64,000 nucleotides of DNA from Planctomycetaceae bacterium. Lineage in GTDB: Bacteria; Planctomycetota; Planctomycetia; Pirellulales; UBA1268. The position numbers and the translations under genes are program-made. Of the stretch, positions 61,035 through 64,000 are shown one piece after another (positions within the stretch are counted from its first letter, which is position 1; every line of letters starts with the position of its first letter). The notes beneath the pieces were generated by a model. It ran no database searches. It had not been told where the DNA came from and saw nothing but the letters and a program-made list of their open reading frames with translations. The DNA lies in NCBI GenBank assembly GCA_947481985.1, contig CANKIK010000006.1:13382-77381 (forward strand), given 5' to 3'.

Positions 61035-62459
61035 ATGACCGCCGATCGACCGCTGACCCCTTTCGAGCAGTTGTTACTGCGGGACCAGCGCCCGGGGTAT
61101 CCGATCTGTTTTTTCCTCCACTGCGATCTGGAGGGCAACCTTGACGGAGAGCGTCTGAGGACTGCCCTGCAGACGGCCTGCCTCCGCCACCCCCTCACCC
61201 AAAGCAGGGTGCGCGGCTCTTGGTGGCGGCCCCGCTGGATGCCGGGGAGATGGATGCCGGAACTGGTCGTTGCTCCCCTGGGAACTCACCTTCCCAGCCA
61301 TGGCGGCCCGGGGGATCCATGGCGGCCGATCGATGTCCAGCTTGGCAGCGGCCTGCGGATGGTGGCCTGCGAGCGTTTTCCCGGTGTCTGGCGGGTGGTG
61401 CTCCAAGTTCACCACGCGGTCTGCGACGGACTCTCAGGCATGGAACTCTTCGGCGACGTCTGGTCGCACTACCACGGCAACCCTCCCGCCGCCTTCCGTC
61501 AGCCGACCCGCCGGCTGGCAGCCCCCTCAGCTCCGGCTCCTGCAGCGTCCCCCCAGCCCCCCTCCACTGACCTCGTCCGCGAGACCAGGAAGTTCGCTGG
61601 CTTTATTCCCACTCCACTGGCCAGAGGACCGGTGCGGGCTGTCGCAGAACCAGCCTGTCCTGGCATCGATGCGCCCTATCTCACCTTCCGTTTCAGCCGC
61701 GAGGAAACCCGACTGCTGTGGACCCATGCGGCCGCGGCAGGCGTGGCTGTCAACGACATCCTCGTGGCGGCGATGATGCGCACCTGCCTGGCTTGGAATG
61801 CGGCAGCGGGACACCCAGCCAGTGGAGTCCGAATCACGATGCCGGTGAGCCTCAAGGCAGCCGGTGCCCGCGGACCGGTCTGCAACGACATGTCGTATGC
61901 CTTCCTCGACCGCTCCGCCGCCGACTGCGCCCGCCCGTCAGAGCTGATTCACTCTCTCGCGGCCGCCAGCCACTGGATCCAGGAGCATCGCGCCACCGAA
62001 GCCCTCCTCGACACACTGGCCGTGCTGGATCGCTATCCTCCGCTGATCTGGTTGATCACCCGCTTGCCTGTCTGCCTATCGACAGCAGTGGTCAGCAACA
62101 TCGGCAATTTCGGCACGCGGATGAAAGCGTCTGTCCCACACGACGGCGCCTGCGGACTCCCCGGAGGATTGCGGATCACGGCAGCAGGCGGCGTTCCGCC
62201 GCTCCGTCCAGGGACCAGACTCGCAGTCGGACTGGCCACCTATGACAGCCAGTTGCAGCTGTCGCTGCTGTGCGATCGGAGATCGCTCGGCGATGCAGCG
62301 CAGTCGCTCTTGGCGGAGATGATCCGACCGAGCGTCTTCGGCTGCGCCGCGGCGCTCTCACATTGGGGAGGGGCCGACGCCCCGGCTGGCGAGCCCCGGC
62401 CGCCCGAACCATCGCGGGATAACCGGGGGCCATTGCCCACGGTGCGGGGGCGAATCTAG
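61035..62459 (+). CDS. free-standing condensation-domain acyltransferase (HHxxxDG; PapA5 / wax-ester-synthase-like logic)
   Basis: VLQVHHAVCDGLSGMELFGDVW. About 475 aa and no carrier or adenylation domain. ATG at 61035 (the ORF opens with GTG at 60987). Confidence 0.75.
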   Translation: MTADRPLTPFEQLLLRDQRPGYPICFFLHCDLEGNLDGERLRTALQTACLRHPLTQSRVRGSWWRPRWMPGRWMPELVVAPLGTHLPSHGGPGDPWRPIDVQLGSGLRMVACERFPGVWRVVLQVHHAVCDGLSGMELFGDVWSHYHGNPPAAFRQPTRRLAAPSAPAPAASPQPPSTDLVRETRKFAGFIPTPLARGPVRAVAEPACPGIDAPYLTFRFSREETRLLWTHAAAAGVAVNDILVAAMMRTCLAWNAAAGHPASGVRITMPVSLKAAGARGPVCNDMSYAFLDRSAADCARPSELIHSLAAASHWIQEHRATEALLDTLAVLDRYPPLIWLITRLPVCLSTAVVSNIGNFGTRMKASVPHDGACGLPGGLRITAAGGVPPLRPGTRLAVGLATYDSQLQLSLLCDRRSLGDAAQSLLAEMIRPSVFGCAAALSHWGGADAPAGEPRPPEPSRDNRGPLPTVRGRI

Positions 62460-62604
62460 ATTCTTTTCTTCCAAACGTCTCCACAATGTCACTTGGATCG
62501 CGTGTCTGGGTATTGTCGCGGCTGCGGCGAGATCCGCTTCGCATCCTGAATGATGCCGATTGGCTGATTGTTGCAGTGCACCCTCTTTGCTGGACGACAT
62601 CGCC

Positions 62605-63780
62605 ATGATCGAAATCCCATCGGCAGACCGCCGCCATCTCCTCATCACCGGAGCCACCGGACTGCTGGGGTCCTATCTCGTCAGGGACCTGCTCCTCGAT
62701 GGCCAGCCAGTGGCGCTGGTGGTCCGCGGATCCCGCCGCGAGTCACCGGCCCAACGGGTCGATGCCCAGCTCATCCACTGGGAGAACGAACTCGGCAAAC
62801 GGCTCCCGAGACCGCGTGTGTTTGACGGCGACATGACCCGTCCCTTGTGCGGGCTGGGCGCTGACGACCTGTCCTGGATCGGCGAACACTGCTGCTCTGT
62901 CCTCCACAACGCGGCCAGTTTGAACTTCCGCGGCGCCGACCGTGCCGCCGAGCCCTGGCTGTCGAATGTCAGCGGTGTTCGCAACGTCCTCGATCTCGTC
63001 CAAGCCACCGACATCGAACACTTCCACCATGTCTCCACCGCCTACGTCTGCGGGCTGCGATCGGGCCGGATCGCCGAGAATGACCTCGAATGCGGCCAGA
63101 AGTACGGCAACGACTACGAGCGGAGCAAGGTCGAGGCGGAGCAACTTGTCCGCGCAGCATCGGGCCCCCGAACAGTCACCGTCTACAGGCCGTCGATCAT
63201 CGTTGGCGATTCCCACTCTGGATACACCTCCACCTATCACGGGCTGTTCGCCGCCCTCCGTCTCGGCCACACCCTTCTCACCCGGGTGGCGATCGGATCG
63301 ACCAGTGGCCCAGCCCTGCTCGGCCTGCTGGGGATCGACCTGACGGCGTGCAAGAATTTCGTCCCGGTTGACTGGGTCTCGGCGGTCATCGCGCATGCCG
63401 TCCAGACCCCATCCGCCCGTGGCCAGACGCTGCACCTGACCCATCCTGAGCCGCTGTCGATGGCGACCTTGGGAGCACTGATCCAAGAGGCGGTGGAGCG
63501 ATTCTCGCAAGCGGCGGCGGCGGATGACCCCGATCTGTGCGACGAACAGTGGTTTGCCGAGAACCTCCGCACGCAGTTGGACGTGTACCGCACCTACTTC
63601 CGCAACGACCCGTTCTTTGATCGCTCAAACCTCGAGGCGGTGGCGGGCCACATTCCCTGTCCCGTCCTCGACCATCCCACGCTCCTTCGCATGGCCCGTT
63701 TCGCCATCGAACAGGATTTCGGCCGCCTCGCCAAACCATCCACCCTGGCCGCCAAAACGATGTCGGTGCAAGTCTCTTAG
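62605..63780 (+). CDS. second stand-alone thioester/fatty-acyl reductase (TR-type extended SDR), paralog of 46465-48021
   Basis: LLITGATGLLGSYLVRDL, VLHNAASLNF, HHVSTAYVCGLRSGRIAENDLECGQKYGNDYERSKVEAE, YRPSIIVGD. Lacks the SCP2-like tail. Confidence 0.8.
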   Translation: MIEIPSADRRHLLITGATGLLGSYLVRDLLLDGQPVALVVRGSRRESPAQRVDAQLIHWENELGKRLPRPRVFDGDMTRPLCGLGADDLSWIGEHCCSVLHNAASLNFRGADRAAEPWLSNVSGVRNVLDLVQATDIEHFHHVSTAYVCGLRSGRIAENDLECGQKYGNDYERSKVEAEQLVRAASGPRTVTVYRPSIIVGDSHSGYTSTYHGLFAALRLGHTLLTRVAIGSTSGPALLGLLGIDLTACKNFVPVDWVSAVIAHAVQTPSARGQTLHLTHPEPLSMATLGALIQEAVERFSQAAAADDPDLCDEQWFAENLRTQLDVYRTYFRNDPFFDRSNLEAVAGHIPCPVLDHPTLLRMARFAIEQDFGRLAKPSTLAAKTMSVQVS

Positions 63781-64000
63781 TTGCCCGCTCCCCTTGGGGA
63801 GAACCGTGTCCGCTTGCCGGCTGTTCCGTGGTCCGACTGCGACGCTTCTGCCGGTCGTAGGAGCCGTTCCTGGAACGCGACGGATGACGGCGGCGACTGC
63901 CGTTGATGGCCGGTCTGGATCGAGGCCACTGCCGATGTCGATGGAAGGCACGACGGCAATCCGTCTCCCGCCCCGCGCGGGTGGGACGGAAAGCTGGCGC

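Noticed and set aside
63884-64000. Possible start of another plus-strand gene after the second TR (ATG at 63884, open to the window edge)
   Set aside because: Only 39 codons are visible and no motif is present, so there is not enough evidence to call a feature. It matters only because the biosynthetic cluster may continue past the window.

Overview
High-G+C bacterial chromosomal window. The gene content looks Planctomycetota-like: H4MPT/methanofuran cofactor genes, DUF1080, secreted TPR/STN-like proteins, and a Rho with a Gly/Arg-rich tail. About 44 protein genes and one tRNA-Ser(CGA) can be supported. No rRNA, CRISPR array, transposase or integrase was recognised.

Layout, left to right:
1. 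1-7.8 kb: a divergent pair of operons for tetrahydromethanopterin cofactor synthesis. These carry a beta-RFAP synthase, a DUF447 protein, a dihydropteroate-synthase-like enzyme, and translationally coupled pabB-pabA.
2. 8-46 kb: housekeeping and hypothetical genes. These include an SDR, a PQQ-type propeller, a Cys/Met PLP enzyme, rho, glpK-glpD, mfnB, rnd, tag and an AddAB-type helicase-nuclease.
3. 46.4-63.8 kb: the main finding. Immediately after the tRNA-Ser lies a compact orphan lipid-type polyketide cluster. It may continue past the right edge of the window.

The cluster is built around a 2978-aa single-polypeptide synthase with the order KS, degenerate KS (CLF-like), AT, 3 tandem ACPs, an unexplained ~290-aa insert, KR, DH. 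Around it sit a PPTase, a Rieske oxygenase, an FkbM methyltransferase, a FabL-like trans enoyl reductase, two paralogous thioester reductases (one fused to an SCP2-like domain) and a free-standing HHxxxDG condensation enzyme. No thioesterase was seen.

Secondary oddities:
- a ~745-aa Arg/Asp/Gly-rich disordered protein
- a 1.2-kb structured, T-poor divergent intergenic region upstream of rho
- in-frame tandem repeats in several genes

All functional calls come from reading motifs by eye. No searches were run.
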